From Octopus sinensis (taxonomy: Eukaryota), in assembly GCF_006345805.1 (NCBI RefSeq), contig NC_043001.1, positions 24,490,001 to 24,554,000 on the forward strand: a stretch of DNA of 64,000 nucleotides, given 5' to 3'. This document shows, one piece after another, positions 25,222-38,480 of the stretch; the stretch's first letter is position 1, and each line of letters begins with the position of its first letter. Under the pieces are notes generated by a model. It did not search any database, was not told the DNA's origin, and saw only the letters and a program-made list of their open reading frames with translations. The position numbers were made by a program, and so were the translations under genes.

Positions 25222-25620
25222 GGAGGAATTTCAACCATGTTTCATGGTCTGCTACCACAACAGCTCCTTTATAGGATCCAGTTAGTTCAAGACATCATCA
25301 GGAGGAACCATGTCCGGTTTTGGCCCCTACTCCTCTACTGTTTTGACGTGGCAGCCCCCCCCCTTTCGGAGGTGTCTTCAGCTCTGGTGTTGGGTGCATG
25401 TCTTCTTCTTTCTTCTCTTCCCTGGCCTCTTCGATGTAGCGTCAACAAGTGTCAGCGGGCAACTGACTGTCTTGTCAAATTTCCCTTTAAATACCTGCCG
25501 CCTAGGCTCCAGCAGGCAGCCCCACCAAGTTGTCCCATGATACTGTCTCATCTTTAACTGACCAATGAAGGTACGGAGTTTTAGCCCACGCATTCTCTAA
25601 ATGAGATCATCACCTGTCAA
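25222..25620. mobile_element. LTR/pseudo-LTR-like dispersed repeat, copy 2 (longer)
   Basis: Aligns with 15925-16227; additional CCAAT-like box at ~25562. Confidence 0.6.
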
Positions 25621-26002
25621 TCAGCGAAGCTAATTCAGTGTCAGTTTGTCTCACCAAGTGAGACACTTATATCCTGTTACCCTCATCTTCCTTCTAAATC
25701 ATAAGTCATGATATTTGAATAGTGAGTTGTGATTACACAAACTAACAACTTTCACCCGCCCTCCCTAACTCTCCTGTCACTATGCCACTTTGGACAAATT
25801 ACCTTGAGGATATACCCTAGTTCCTCATCGAGACCTCATCATCTCTCCTCTGCACCACTATTCCTACCATTACATAACATAACATGGCACTGCATCATCT
25901 CTTGTTCATCCCCCACATCTTTACTCCTCACTGCATTTTGCCCTTATCGTTCTGACTCTCTCTCTCACTAATCTCTTGACACTGCTTTGCCCTTTACCTT
26001 TC

Positions 26003-26670
26003 ACTGGCATCCGTGCTAGCAGGATGCAAAGAGCAGCATATGAGTGTGATTGTTTATAGAGCAGCTAACCGGCTTCCATGCCAGCGGCACATAAAAGGCA
26101 CCATTTGAGTGTGATCGTTACCAGCGTCGCCTTACTGGCACTTGTGCCCCGTGCTAGTAGAGTGCTAAGAGCACCATCCGAGCATGATCATTGCCAGAGC
26201 GGCTAACTGGTTTCCGTGCCAGTGGCACATAAATGGCACCATTTGAGCGTGATTGTTACCAGCGTCACCTTACTGGCACTTGTGCCCCATGCTAGTAGAG
26301 TGCTAAGAGCACCATCCAAGCATGATCATTGCCATAGCGGCTAACTGGTTTCTGTGCCAGTGACACATAAATGGCACCATTCGAGCATGATTGTTACCAA
26401 CCTCGCCTTACTGGCACTTGTGCCGGTGGCACATGTAAAAACATTCGAGCGAGGTCGTTGCCAGTACCACATAACTGGCCCCCATGCCAGTGGCATGTAA
26501 AAGCACCCATTAAGCTCTCAGAGTGGTTGGCGTTAGGAAGGGCATCCAGCTTTAGAAACTCTGCCAGATCAACATTGGAGCCTGGTGCAGCCATCTGGTT
26601 CACCAGCCTTCAGTCAAATCATCCAATCCATGCTAGCATGGAAAGCGGTTGTTAAACAATGATGATGATT
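26003..26670 (+). mobile_element. Family C element with 138-bp higher-order internal tandem
   Basis: GGCACCATT at 26097, 26235, 26373; (GAT)n tail. Confidence 0.9.
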
Positions 26671-27530
26671 ACCCACTTCCAATTTGTCTTTCCTTAACAC
26701 ACCACTTTATTTACCCATGTATAATGTGGAATAGTACTTAACTCCTTCTTGCTCAATCCATTCCACAGTCTTAACCTTTTAACTCTTTCACTAACCCACT
26801 GACACTAGTTTTAATTTCCTTCCTCTTCCCTAACAGCATCCCTATTCCTTCCCAATAATGAACATGTGGACCTCCAATATGAACTATCTTGGACCCTAAC
26901 AAACCAGTCAACCTATGCTGACATAGCACATAGACTACTCAACCCACCACATGACCATTATCGCAGTGTCCTCTCCACCCTCTTTTTCCCTCTCGCCCCA
27001 TCATTATTCTTCTCCTCCCCTTCTTCTGTCTCCCATACTCTCACCCCCAACATTACTCTTTCTGTTATTCTCTCCATGACCATCCTCTCACAATAAATAT
27101 GTTAATTTTTTCTTCAATTATAGGGTTACTCTCTTTTGCTTTGCATATTACAAGGTGACCCCAATAATGCTGGTGCCATGAAAAAGGACCCAGTACACTC
27201 ATAGTATTCAGTAATTTAATTTGAAAAGAAATAACACAGGACTTGAGAGGGTCTTTTAGGCTTTATGAACATGTACTCATTACACTATGTAAAATAGCTG
27301 GCATTAGGAAGGGAATCCATTTGTAGAAACTATGCCAAAAATGAGACAGTGGAGGAAGACTTGATCCTCCAAGTCATTGAATCCTATCTATGCCAGCATA
27401 GAAAGTGGACACAAAATAATGAAGATGGTGACAATGTTATTGTTTTTGTTGTTGTTTATTTTGTTTTTTATTTATAAGAATTGAAAGAATGTGAGAAAAG
27501 GTGTATGCTTTTGTATACTTCCAAATATTA

Positions 27531-27691
27531 CTGTATTTTAATGTGTATAAGGAACCCCCAAAATTTTGGGGCTTAAAATTTTGAAAAAATGTTTTGTAAG
27601 GGATTATAATACTATCCATGTATAAGAAACGCCCATATTTTTTAACCTAATTTTTGACAAAAGAGAATTCCTTATACATGTTAAAATATGG
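27531..27691. mobile_element. pogo/Tigger-type MITE
   Basis: 24-bp TIRs (20/24) CTGTATTTTAATGTGTATAAGGAA; TA on both sides. Confidence 0.75.
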
Positions 27692-27855
27692 TAATTTACA
27701 TACATTTTAACACAATCAGTCTTTCTGAAGCACAAGTAGCACTTGTTCCCAAAAGTTACTACGTTTTTTTTGTTTGTTTTTTTTGGTGGGGTGGCACGGG
27801 ATGTTTTAATTATAGAACATCCATTATAGAATATATATATTCTATAATTAGAAAA

Positions 27856-28070
27856 TATTCTTTTCTACTCTAGGCACAATGCCCAAAATTTTGTGGGAGG
27901 GAGCCGGTCAATTAGATCGACCATAATACACAACTGGTACTTAATTTATCAACCCTGAAAGGATGAAAGACAAAGTTGACCTTGGTGGAATTTGAATTCA
28001 GAACGCAAAGAGAGATGAAACACCACAAAGCATTTTGCCCACCGTGCTAACTTTTCTGCCAGCTCGCCAC
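27856..28070 (-). mobile_element. Family B SINE monomer
   Basis: Core and tail match. Confidence 0.85.
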
Positions 28071-28274
28071 GTTATAATTAGAAAATACTGTTCTAATTAT
28101 AGAATGTACTCCATGACAGATTACCTTCCAATGATAAATCCCATATAATTCTATATTACTTGTCAGTACAACTACTGCATTGATCTGTTAGAGAGATTTC
28201 AGAACTACCATTTTTGCCTTTATATTATTTAGTTATATTTTTATTATTATCTTAATGCATCTTTTATTTCTCAG

Positions 28275-28317
28275 AACTGACAATCTCCTTATGTTGGCAT
28301 ATTCCCCAACTATGTCT
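28275..28317 (+). CDS. Candidate 43-nt exon (TDNLLMLAYSPTMS)
   Basis: Strong T-rich acceptor TCTTTTATTTCTCAG, donor TCT/GTGAGT. Confidence 0.3.
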
Positions 28318-28519
28318 GTGAGTGCTTTAAGCTATTCTGTGCAATTGCTCTAGTTTCAATATGAGAATCCAAAGAAACATGCTTATTTTCATTTTAAGAT
28401 TTGGGGCTAATTTGAAGGGTATCTGTTTTAATGACTATCCATCTATTTACACCTAATAAACTCTGTAAAAATCAATATCCAGACATGGATTTTTCAGGTT
28501 CATTAAAGAATATAATAAT

Positions 28520-28970
28520 TATCTCTACTCTAAGCCCAAGGCCTTGAAAACTTTAGGGGGAAAGGGCTAGTTGATTATATCGACCCAGTGCATAACTGGT
28601 ACTTATTTCACTGACCCAAAAAGGATAAAAGGCCAAGTCAACCTCAGCAGAATTTGAACTCAGAACATAGTGGCAGATGAAATACTGCTTAGCATTTCAC
28701 CCAATATGCTAATGATTCTGCCAGCTCACCACCTTATTAAAGAATAATAATAATAATCTTTTCTACTATAGTTACAAGGCCGGAAATTTGGTGGGAAGGG
28801 GCCAGTTGATTAGATCGATCCCAGTATGCAACTGATACTTAGTTTATCAACCCTGAAAGGATGAAAGGCAAAGTTGACCTCGGCAGAATTTGAACTTAGA
28901 ATGATAGACAGATGAAATATCACTAAGCATTTCACTTGATGTGCCAACGATTGTGCCAGTTTGTCAGCTT
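28520..28970 (-). mobile_element. Two tandem family B SINE monomers
   Basis: Two cores with separate tails. Confidence 0.85.
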
Positions 28971-29054
28971 ATTAAAGAATGTAGTAATAATAATAATAAA
29001 TGCTATATTCTTATTTTTATTTATAACCAAGGCTGGGTCTATTTGAGTTGTTTC

Positions 29055-29500
29055 ATCATCATCATCATCATCATCGTTTAACGTCCGCTTTCCATGCTAG
29101 GCATGGGTTGGACGATTTGACTGAGGTTTGGCAAACCAGATGGCTGCACCAGGCTCCAATCTAATCTGGCAGAGTTTCTACAGCTGGATGCTCTTCCTAA
29201 CGTCAGCCACTCCAAGAGTGTAGTGGGTACTTTTATGCGCCACCTGCACGAGAGCCAGTCAGGTGGTACTGGCAACAGCCACGCTCAAATGGTGTTTTTT
29301 ATGTGCCACCTGCACAGGAGCCAGTCCAGCGGCACTGGCAACAACCTCGCTAGAATGTTTTTTCACGTGCCATCAGCACAAGTGCCAGTAAGGCGACGCA
29401 GGTAACAATCACGCTCGAATGGCACTTTTTACATGCCACCGGCTCTGGCAACGATCACACCCAGATGGTATTCTTAGTGCTCCACGAGCAGAGATGCCAG
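29055..29500 (-). mobile_element. Family C element
   Basis: Consensus match with internal tandem units. Confidence 0.9.
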
Positions 29501-30378
29501 TCATGGAATTTGATTTATAAATGTATAATTAGTTTTGTGGGAAATATAGTGTCTTCTCTTATGATTTGAAGGAAATCAAAGGAAATGACTACTATTCCCT
29601 TCAAACTTTGCTTTTGTGACTGGGACCTCAATGTTTTGAAACTGACCTATTTTCCATGACATTTGAGACAGATTCAGTGCTGAATTGCTGAAATAAAAAT
29701 ATTGTTATAGCAAATATTCTGCTCAATAACATAGATTTGCTTGTCAGTTGCTTGACCTTAACCATTTGTGCATGTCCCTTAGTGGCTGACAATATGTGCT
29801 TCTCTGATAATAAGCAAGAGCAATGGGGGAGCATTATAGCCATGTGCTGAAAGGGATTCTTTGGGGTTTGAATAAATGTAGCAAAGATGTTAACAGACTG
29901 GCCATTTTTCATACTTTCCAGGGCTAAGCAAATAGGAAATAATAGTTGCAACCCAAGGACAAAAATCGAAGTATTCCAAAGACTGTGGTGATTTTTACAT
30001 GAATCTTGGAGTGTGTGTGTGTGTGTGTACATGTGTGCATGTGAATGTGTGTGTTAGCATCTTGTACACATGCAGCTATGTACGTGCTTGTATGTCTTAG
30101 CACCTTGAATACACGTGTGTGTGTGTGTATTAGAACCTAGTATACACAGAGCTAAGTATCATTTGTGTAAGTACCAGACTCCTTGATTCTCAAGCTGGCT
30201 CAAGGAGTAAAAAAGTGTTAGTTTTAAAATTTGTTCTTTTATTAAAATATTACTCAAACAAGAAAGCAATTTCATGAGTGATTTTCCTTGTCTGAGGTTT
30301 AAGATAATTTTAACTATACACTTGAAAGACAGAAATGAAATGACGACTGGAAGCTTGAAGCTGCTAATTTTGTGCATA

Positions 30379-30871
30379 CCATAAATTTTCGAGTATAGTC
30401 CACCCTTGAGTATAATACAAAGGGAATTTTTAGGGAGCTGTACCTCTGAAAAATCTAAACCTTGTGTATAATACGCACCCCTTCTCTGACTTGAGTCGTG
30501 CGTAATTAAACCAGCAGCACCTAGTTGAACAAACACTTCCGCGCATGTTTAATACAATAATGGTGATGTTCTTAACTGTTATATGGAAATGTAAATATGT
30601 TTGCAAATTGTTTTTGTTATATGTTATTCTGTGTTCTGAATACTTATTTTAATAAATGTTGCTTACTGCAAGTTATGGGTGATTCTTTTATGACTCCATT
30701 GCTTTCAGGCTTAGCTTAAGGTATCTGAATAAACATTGCCAGACAGCAAATAGAGACTCATACATTGCTTAGAAAATATTTTTCATTTTTAACCTTGTAT
30801 ATAGTACGCACTAGGGATTTTGACCTTTAAATTTTGGGGAAAAAATGTGGATTATACTTGGGGATCTATGG
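30379..30871. mobile_element. pogo/Tigger-type non-autonomous DNA transposon
   Basis: 25-bp TIRs (19/25) CCATAAATTTTCGAGTATAGTCCAC; subterminal GTATAATACGCAC repeats; TA at left end. Confidence 0.6.
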
Positions 30872-31130
30872 AATCACTCATGAAATTTTTTTTAAAGAAA
30901 TATAACAAATAACATGTTCTTGATAATTTATAGTATTTCAAGATATATTCAAACAATAAATAACTCAAAAGACAGATTCAGTTTTCCAGCTGAAAGATTG
31001 GAAACCTGAAACTTAGAGTACAAAAGATTATCAACCTTTCAGTTATAGTAAAAAATACTTTGCTTACATATTGAGTCCTGTAATTTATTGTTTTTTGGTG
31101 AATCAACAAACATTTTTATGTGTTTATATA

Positions 31131-31182
<52 letters not shown>

Positions 31183-31645
31183 TGTGCGTGTGTGTGTATG
31201 ATAAACAACCAGTACACTTTGTAAATTGGTTGGTGCTAGGAAAGACAGTCAACCACAGATACCAAGCTAAAGCAGACATTGGATCACAATGCACTCCTCA
31301 TACCTACTGGATCCTGTCAAAATCATCCAAGACATTCTAGCATTGAACATCGCTGTTAAAATACGATGATGATGTGTGTGTGTGTGTTTATCTGTGTGTG
31401 TGTGTGTATTTGTGTATGTATGTATGTATGTATGTATGCATGTATGTATGTATCTATGTACGTATATATGTATATATTATGGATTGCCAATAATTGATTC
31501 ATTGTACAAAAATGCCATATAATGATTATCATGTATGAGCCATATCCCTTTATGCCATGGAATACTTAGCCATTAGATATGTACACACTCATAGATGTAT
31601 GTGTGTGTGTATATGTGCACATATGGAAGGGTTGAGATATATATA

Positions 31646-32799
31646 CAGGGGTTGGGCAAAATAATAGAAACACCTTAAAATTTCAAACAAATTTATTTTA
31701 AAATGGGGTAGGACTGCCTTTGGCAGTAATTACAGCTTGAATTCTATGAGATATGGATTCATACAAAGTCCATATTTCAACTAAAACAGTCTCCAGTTCT
31801 TGTAGAGATGATGGTAGAGGATATATCAATTGCTTACTTGTTTTTCTAAAATGCACCATAAATGTTCAATAGATCTGGGGACTATGGTGGCCAGATAAGA
31901 TGTTCAACTTCACTAGAATGTTCCTTGTGCCATTCAGTAACCTCTTTGGCTGTGTGAATTGGTGCATTATCATCCTGAAAGATTGCGTTCCCTCCAGAAA
32001 CAGTTCCGCAACCATAGGATGAATTTGATCAGATAAAATGTTTAAATTATCTTGATTATTAATTCTGCCATGAAGGGAAATCACTGGGCTGGTGGATTTC
32101 CAAGATATAGCCCCTCCAGATCATCACAGATCCTCCTCCATGTTTAACAGTTGGAAGAAGGCAGTCTGGGTCAAATTCCTTCTTTTGGCTGTCTCCACAC
32201 ATGTACTTGGCTGGTGGTTGGAAATAGGGTAAAGGATGATTCACCCAAGAAAATAACATTCTTCCACTTCTCTAGGGACCAATTCTGTAGGTTTTTACCC
32301 CACTCTAAATGCTTTGCAATGTTTGTTTTTGGAAGTAGTGATTTTCTGATTGCAACAAACCTGTGAAATCCGGCTTTGTCTTTCTAACAATTCACAAAAG
32401 AGTCCGACAGTCCCTATCTGAAAGTTTTGGTATTCTTCTGGAGTTTTCTTTCGACAAGGAAGTTTTTCTCTCTTTCTCAAAAGCTGTCATCACTTTTGAG
32501 ACAGTACTTTTCGATACACCAAACATTTTGGCTGCTTTTGTTACACTAGCACCTGCCATACGAGCACCAACAATTTGACCTCCTTGAAAGTCTGATAGAT
32601 CTGTCATTTTAATGAATTTTAACTACTTTTTCCTGATGATATCTGCAAAGAAGCAGCAATTTTAGCAAACATATTAAGAAACACTAATAATAAATAGAAA
32701 AAAACATAAAAATGAACATGATTTTGATGGGTTTTTATAGATATTTCAAAATTATGATGCCATGATGCTCGATGTTTCCATTATTTTCTCCAACCTCTG
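31646..32799 (-). mobile_element. Tc1-family DNA transposon fossil with frameshifted transposase
   Basis: TIRs CAGGGGTTGGGCAAAATAATAGAAACA / CAGAGGTTGGAGAAAATAATGGAAACA; ATG 32607 HTH MTDLSDFQGGQIVGARMAGASV; PTVKHGGGSVMIW, FQDDNAPIH, WPPQSPDL; first catalytic D lost (LGE). Confidence 0.93.
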
Positions 32800-32800
32800 T

Positions 32801-32845
<45 letters not shown>

Positions 32846-33234
32846 ATAAAGTATACGGATGCTTAGTAGACACGTAAAATTTGGGAAGTGAGTGGGTGTA
32901 TACAGCTACTTAATGTGCCAATGGCTAATGTACTGTTACCACTTGAAAATTTTCAAAGCAATAAGATGAATGAACATTGAAATAAATAGCATTATCCTCA
33001 CACATTTCTACAAATATAAATATATACATGAATTTTTTTTTATTAGTTTATATAGTAATACTTTACATGGCATCATATAGAATTCAGTTTGTAAGTCTTC
33101 TTGTCTGGAAAATTAATATTATTTTGTTGTGAGTTAGGGATTATATCTCTTTAAATCTTTCTCTATAAGGGGAACATTGTTACAACTCTGTGATGAGACC
33201 TTCTGTTTCTATTATTATAAATATATTTTGAGAT

Positions 33235-33646
33235 TACTCTTTTACTTGTTTCAGTCATTTGACTGTGCCCATGCTGGAGCACCGCCTTTTAGTCAAGCAA
33301 ATCGCCCCCAGGACTTATCCTTTGTAAATCTAGTACTTATTTATTTTATCAGTCTCTTTTGCCGAACTGCTATATTATGGAGATGTAAACACACCAGCAT
33401 CAGTTGTTAAGCGATGTTGGAGGGGGGACAAACACAGACACACAAACGCACACACACACATATATACACATCTACATATATACGACAGGCTTCTTTCAGT
33501 TTCCCTCTACCAAATCCACTCACAAGGCTTTGGTCGGCCCGAGGCTATAGTAGAAGACACTTTGCCCAAGGTGCCATGCAGTGGGACTGAACCCGGAACC
33601 ATGTGGTTGGTAAGCAAGCCACTTACCACACAGCCACTCCTGCGCC
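33235..33646 (-). mobile_element. Family A SINE, full length
   Basis: Consensus match. Confidence 0.92.
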
Positions 33647-33837
33647 TATAAAGGATTGCTGAAGTATTTTATACTTCTCAGAATTAGAACAATCTATAGC
33701 TGTAGAGTTCGTTTTGGAGGAATGCTCACTAAACCTACCAGAACTAGATATATTATTCTTATGAAGTATGAGAAAATACTTCTTTTGAAGTTGTAGGTTT
33801 ATGCGCACAAGTGTGGCCATACATGCAAGTGTGGCCA

Positions 33838-34225
33838 CAGGCACAGGTGTGACTGTATAGTAAGAGTTCGCTTCCCAACCACTTGGTTCCAAGTTCAGTC
33901 CCACTGCATGACACTTTGAGCAAGTGTCTTCCACTATAGTTCCAGGCTGACCAAAGACTTCCGAGAAAAGTTTTTCGTAAAAAGAAACTGAAAGAAAGCT
34001 TGTCATGTGTGTATGTGTGTTTGTGTGTGTGTGTGTCATTGTGTTTATTTAAGCCCCTCCTCCACTGCTTGACAACTGGTGTCAGTTTGTTTACATCCCC
34101 TGTAACTTACCAGTTCAGCAAAAAGTGTCCGATAGAATAAGTACCAAGCTTTAAAAATTAAGTACAAGGATTGATTTATCTGACAAAACCCTTCAAATTA
34201 GTGATCCAGCATGGCCACAGTCTAG
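33838..34225 (+). mobile_element. Family A-related SINE, older
   Basis: Diverged consensus match. Confidence 0.8.
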
Positions 34226-34444
34226 TGAATGAAACAAGTAAAAGATGCTATTTATTGTTGACCCTTGATGATATCAGCAATGTTTGAAATGCAGCTAAAA
34301 TATCCTATCAGTTTAAAACCTCATTTAGGCATCTCATAGCAAAATCATTCTTTGGTTATACATACATTTTTCATGCAATTTGATGAGCATCACTTCTACA
34401 GCTGTCGACCTAATATTGTCAATATTATTAAGAATAGAGAGTTA

Positions 34445-34909
34445 CAGCAGTAACTGCATGGATACATTGAAACTCCGATGTCTGGCAGCTGACTTGGCAG
34501 ACACCCATAAAATTATTAACCCTCTTACAAACAATAACTCTGAGCACCTTTTCAAACACCACCCGTCTAACACCTGTGGACATATTTACAAAGTCAGAAA
34601 ACAGCACAGCTCCCATGACTTTCGGAAACATTTTTTCACCCTAAGAGTTGCTGAAGTATGGAACAAACCCCCGGCATCAGTTGTTAGTTGTTGGAGCACT
34701 GCATCCTTCAAAACTTCCATGCTTCCTGAGATTCGCCAACACTACACCTGAATTTCTCCCCTTCATACACACGCAAGCATGTATCTGACTCATACACTGT
34801 TCACTTTCCAGACATTCGTACATTACTGCATATGCTTTATACACACTTTTGACATGTTGTGGTGCACCTGGGCACTGTATACAATAATTTCATTATTATT
34901 ATTATTATT
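34445..34909 (+). mobile_element. CR1-clade LINE 3' end (third family)
   Basis: DTLKLRCLAADL..THKII..GHIYKV..RKHFFTLRVAEVWN..FK; 3' UTR; (ATT)n tail. Confidence 0.88.
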
Positions 34910-35534
34910 AAAAGAAACAAATGTATGAATAAAGAAATGAAAGCTCTTTGAGATGTGAACACATGCATAGTTATTATTCTTGAATTTATAATCAAAGTGA
35001 AAAGGATCAAATCCAAATACATCTGAGGAAACTACAGATTATGAGTAGTAAACAGACTCTTTGATTTCAGTCTAATCTTCATCATTCAGTGGGATTTTAT
35101 GTTCTGCGCCTGAATATTTTATGAAATAATCAGATAAGATTTGGTAGGCACATGAAAGGCACAGCTCAAGTGATCTGAAAGAGTGATTAAGAATTTAAAA
35201 TATCGATCAAAGAAGGCAAAAGCAATGGTATCAAAGTCTGGTTCAAACCTGCAAATTCAGTAGGGGTTGGGGTGGGGTGGGGTGGGGTGGTAGTTGATTG
35301 CATTGTTACCCCCCCCCCAGTGCTTGACTGGTACTTACTCTATTGAGCCAAAAGTGATGAAAGGCAGAGTTGACCTTGATGGTTTTTGAACTCAGAATGT
35401 TAAGAGGGAAAAAAAGTTCCTCTAAGCCTTTTCTCTGGTGCAATAACAACTCTACCAGCTCACTACATCAACCCACTCAGACCTGTGCCTTGTGTCTAAC
35501 TCCAGCCTCTACCTGGGCTCTTGAGCAAAAAAAT

Positions 35535-35880
35535 AAGTGCCGGTGGTACGTAAAAAGCACCATCGAAACATGGTCAGTGCCAGCACTCTCACCCCAACTG
35601 GCTCTTGTGCCGGTGGTACGTAAAAAGCACCATCCAAAAATGGTCGATGCCAGCACCCTCTGGCCCCAGAGCCGGTGGAATGTAAAAAGCACCTACTACA
35701 CTCTCAGAGTGGTTGGCGTTAGGAAGGGCATCCAGCTATAGAAACACTGCCAGATCAGATTGGAGCCTGGTGCAGCCTCCTGGCTTCTCAGACCCCAGTT
35801 GAACTGTCCAACCCATACCAGCATGGAAAATGGACGTTAAACGATGATGATGATGATGATGATGATGGTAATGATGATGA
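35535..35880 (+). mobile_element. Family C element
   Basis: Consensus match; (GAT)n tail. Confidence 0.9.
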
Positions 35881-36324
35881 TGACAGCTCAAGAGTAATGA
35901 GTGCAGGCTAAGTACTAGACAGGATCGTCTTCATCTTCTTTTTCTACATATGTTGTTCATTACCGCATTACTAGGAATCCAGTAGAGATAACATTTCACC
36001 TATTTATGCTATAGCGGGGAATATAGTGTGACAGGGTTATGAATGCAAAAGTAATAGTTATGTGATACGAATGGGTGAAGGGAAATGCTAAATACTGACA
36101 ATGCAAGTTCTCAAAGCAGAAGGAAAACCTAGAAGGGATAATCTGAGATCTCAAGATGTCGGGTCTCATAGATGAGAAGTTGCAAGACAGAGTAAAAATT
36201 GCTGTAGATTTTTACCTATCCATGGTAACTCGGGAAAGAAAATGTTTAAAAAGTTTAAAACATTGATGAAAATGAAGGAGAAGATTTTAATCTTGTTTTG
36301 TTTCTGTATTATCATTAACTTAGG

Positions 36325-37090
36325 AGAAGGCATGGCTGTGTGGTAAGAAACTTGCTTCCCAGCAAGGTGGTGAGCTGGCAGAAACGTTAGCATGCTGGGT
36401 GAAATGCTTAGCAGTATTTCGTCTACCGCTATGTTCTGAGTTCAAATTCCGCCAAGGTTGACTTTGCCTTTCATCTTTTCGGGGTCAATTAAATAAGTAC
36501 CAGTTACGCATTGGGTCGATATAATTGACTTAATCCATTTGTCTTTCCTTGTTTGTCCTCTCTGTGTTTAGCATCTTGTGGGTAGTAAAGAAATAGGTAT
36601 TTTGTCTGCCACTACATTCTGAGTTCAAATTCCACCAAGGTCTACTTTGCCTTTTATCCTTTCAGGGTTGATTAAATATGTACCAGTTATGCACTGAGGT
36701 CGATATAATCAACTTAATCTGTTTGTCTGTCCTTGTTTCTCCCCTCTGTGTGTAGTCCTTGTGGGTAGTAAAGAAATAGGAAACTTGTTTCCCAACCACT
36801 ACTGACTGACACCTTGGGCAAGTGTCTTCTGTTTTAGCCTCAGGGTGACCAAAGCCTTGTGAGTGGATTTGGTAGAGGAAAACTAAAAGAAGCCTGTTGT
36901 GTATATGAATGCTAGACAACTGGTGCTGGTGTGTTTATGTTCCCATGACTTAGTGGCTCAGCAAAAGAGAGTGATAAAATAAGTACCAGGCTTTTTAGAA
37001 ATAAGTACTGGGATCTATTCCTTTGACTAAAAATTCTTCAAGGCGATGCCCCAGCATGGCCACAATCAAGTGACTGAAACAAGTAAATGA
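36325..37090 (+). mobile_element. Family A SINE interrupted by a family B dimer (36363-36780)
   Basis: Family A head stops at AACTTGCTTCCCA and resumes at AACTTGTTTCCCAACC after the B dimer. Confidence 0.85.
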
Positions 37091-37451
37091 CAGATGAGAA
37101 AAGGTTTCCAACACTGAGATGTCCAACCTTTTTGCTCCAACAAGAAGGAAGTAATGTCCGATACGTATCTATATATGGCATCACACTCTACGCTGTAATG
37201 TTTATAAACCGTTGTTCTTTCTGTTGACCAAATGCGATACTTCTGAGCTTTCTAACTATGTATGTTTGTATGTGTGTATGTGTATTTGTTTATTTTTTTT
37301 TTTGTGTGTGTGTGTGTGTGTGTGTGTATGAGATAGATATTTATCACACCTTCCTTCTATCAAATTCCATTCACATGGCACTGGTCAGCCCAAAACTATA
37401 GTAGAAGATATTTGTCCTTGGCATTTTCCACCAAGATTGAATATAGAACCA

Positions 37452-37765
37452 TAAGAAATCGAAATCAAATTCGATGACTGGCATCCATGCTAGTGGAGCG
37501 CTAAGAGCACCATCCAAGTGTGATCATTGCCAGAGCAACAAGCTGGCCTCCGTTCCAGTGACACATAAAAAGTATCATTCGAGCGAGGTCGTTGCCAGTG
37601 CCGCTAGACTGGCTCCTGTGCAGGTGGCACGTAAAAAGTACCATTCAAGTGTGATCATTACCCGCATCACCTTTCTGGCACTTGTGCTGGTAGCATGTGA
37701 AAAAACATTCGAGTGAGGTCATTGCCAGTGCCACTGGACTGGCTCCTGTGCAGGTGGCACATAAA
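37452..37765 (+). mobile_element. Family C 5' part, truncated
   Basis: GAAATCGAAATCAAATTCGATGACTGGCATCC start. Confidence 0.85.
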
Positions 37766-37967
37766 AAGCAAGAAGTGATGTCTGATATGTATCTATACTT
37801 GGCATCACACTCCACACTGTAATGTTTATGAATCATTGTTGATCTTTCTTTCTGTTGACCAAATGTGATACTTCTGAGCTCTCTATGTATGTTTGTATGT
37901 GTGTGTCTTTGTATCATTCTGCATTCTTTACTATGTCAGCTATGCATGCTCAGAATGTAGACATTAT

Positions 37968-38382
37968 ACTCTTTTACTCTTTTACTTGTTTCAGTCATTT
38001 TGACTGTGGCCATACTGGAGCACCGCCTTTAGTCGAGCAAATCAACCCCAGGACTTATTCTTTGTAAGCCTAGTACTTATTCTATTAGTCTCTTTTGCCG
38101 AACCGCTAAGTTATGGGGATGTAAACACACCAGCATCGGTTGTCAAGCAATGTTGGGGGTGGGGGACAAACACAGACACACAAACACATATACACACATA
38201 CACATATATACACATATATATGATGGCTTCTTTCAGTTTCCGTCTACCAAATTCACTCACAAGGCTTTGGTCGGCCCTGAGACTATAGTTGAAGACACTT
38301 GCCCAATGTGCCACACAGTGGGACTGAACCCGGAACCATGTGGTTTGTAAGCAAGCTACTTACCACACAGTCACACCTACGC
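37968..38382 (-). mobile_element. Family A SINE, full length
   Basis: Consensus match. Confidence 0.92.
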
Positions 38383-38445
38383 CTTGTAGGATTATATGTA
38401 AATCCTACTAGTATTGTATAAGTAAATTCTACTAGTATTGTCTTC

Positions 38446-38480
<35 letters not shown>

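Noticed and set aside
33682-33765. 84-nt plus-strand exon-like segment
   Set aside because: Phase incompatible with the preceding candidate and two frames equally plausible
35263-35290. (GGGGT)n potential G-quadruplex
   Set aside because: Simple-repeat expansion adjoining a degraded family B tail; no sign of function
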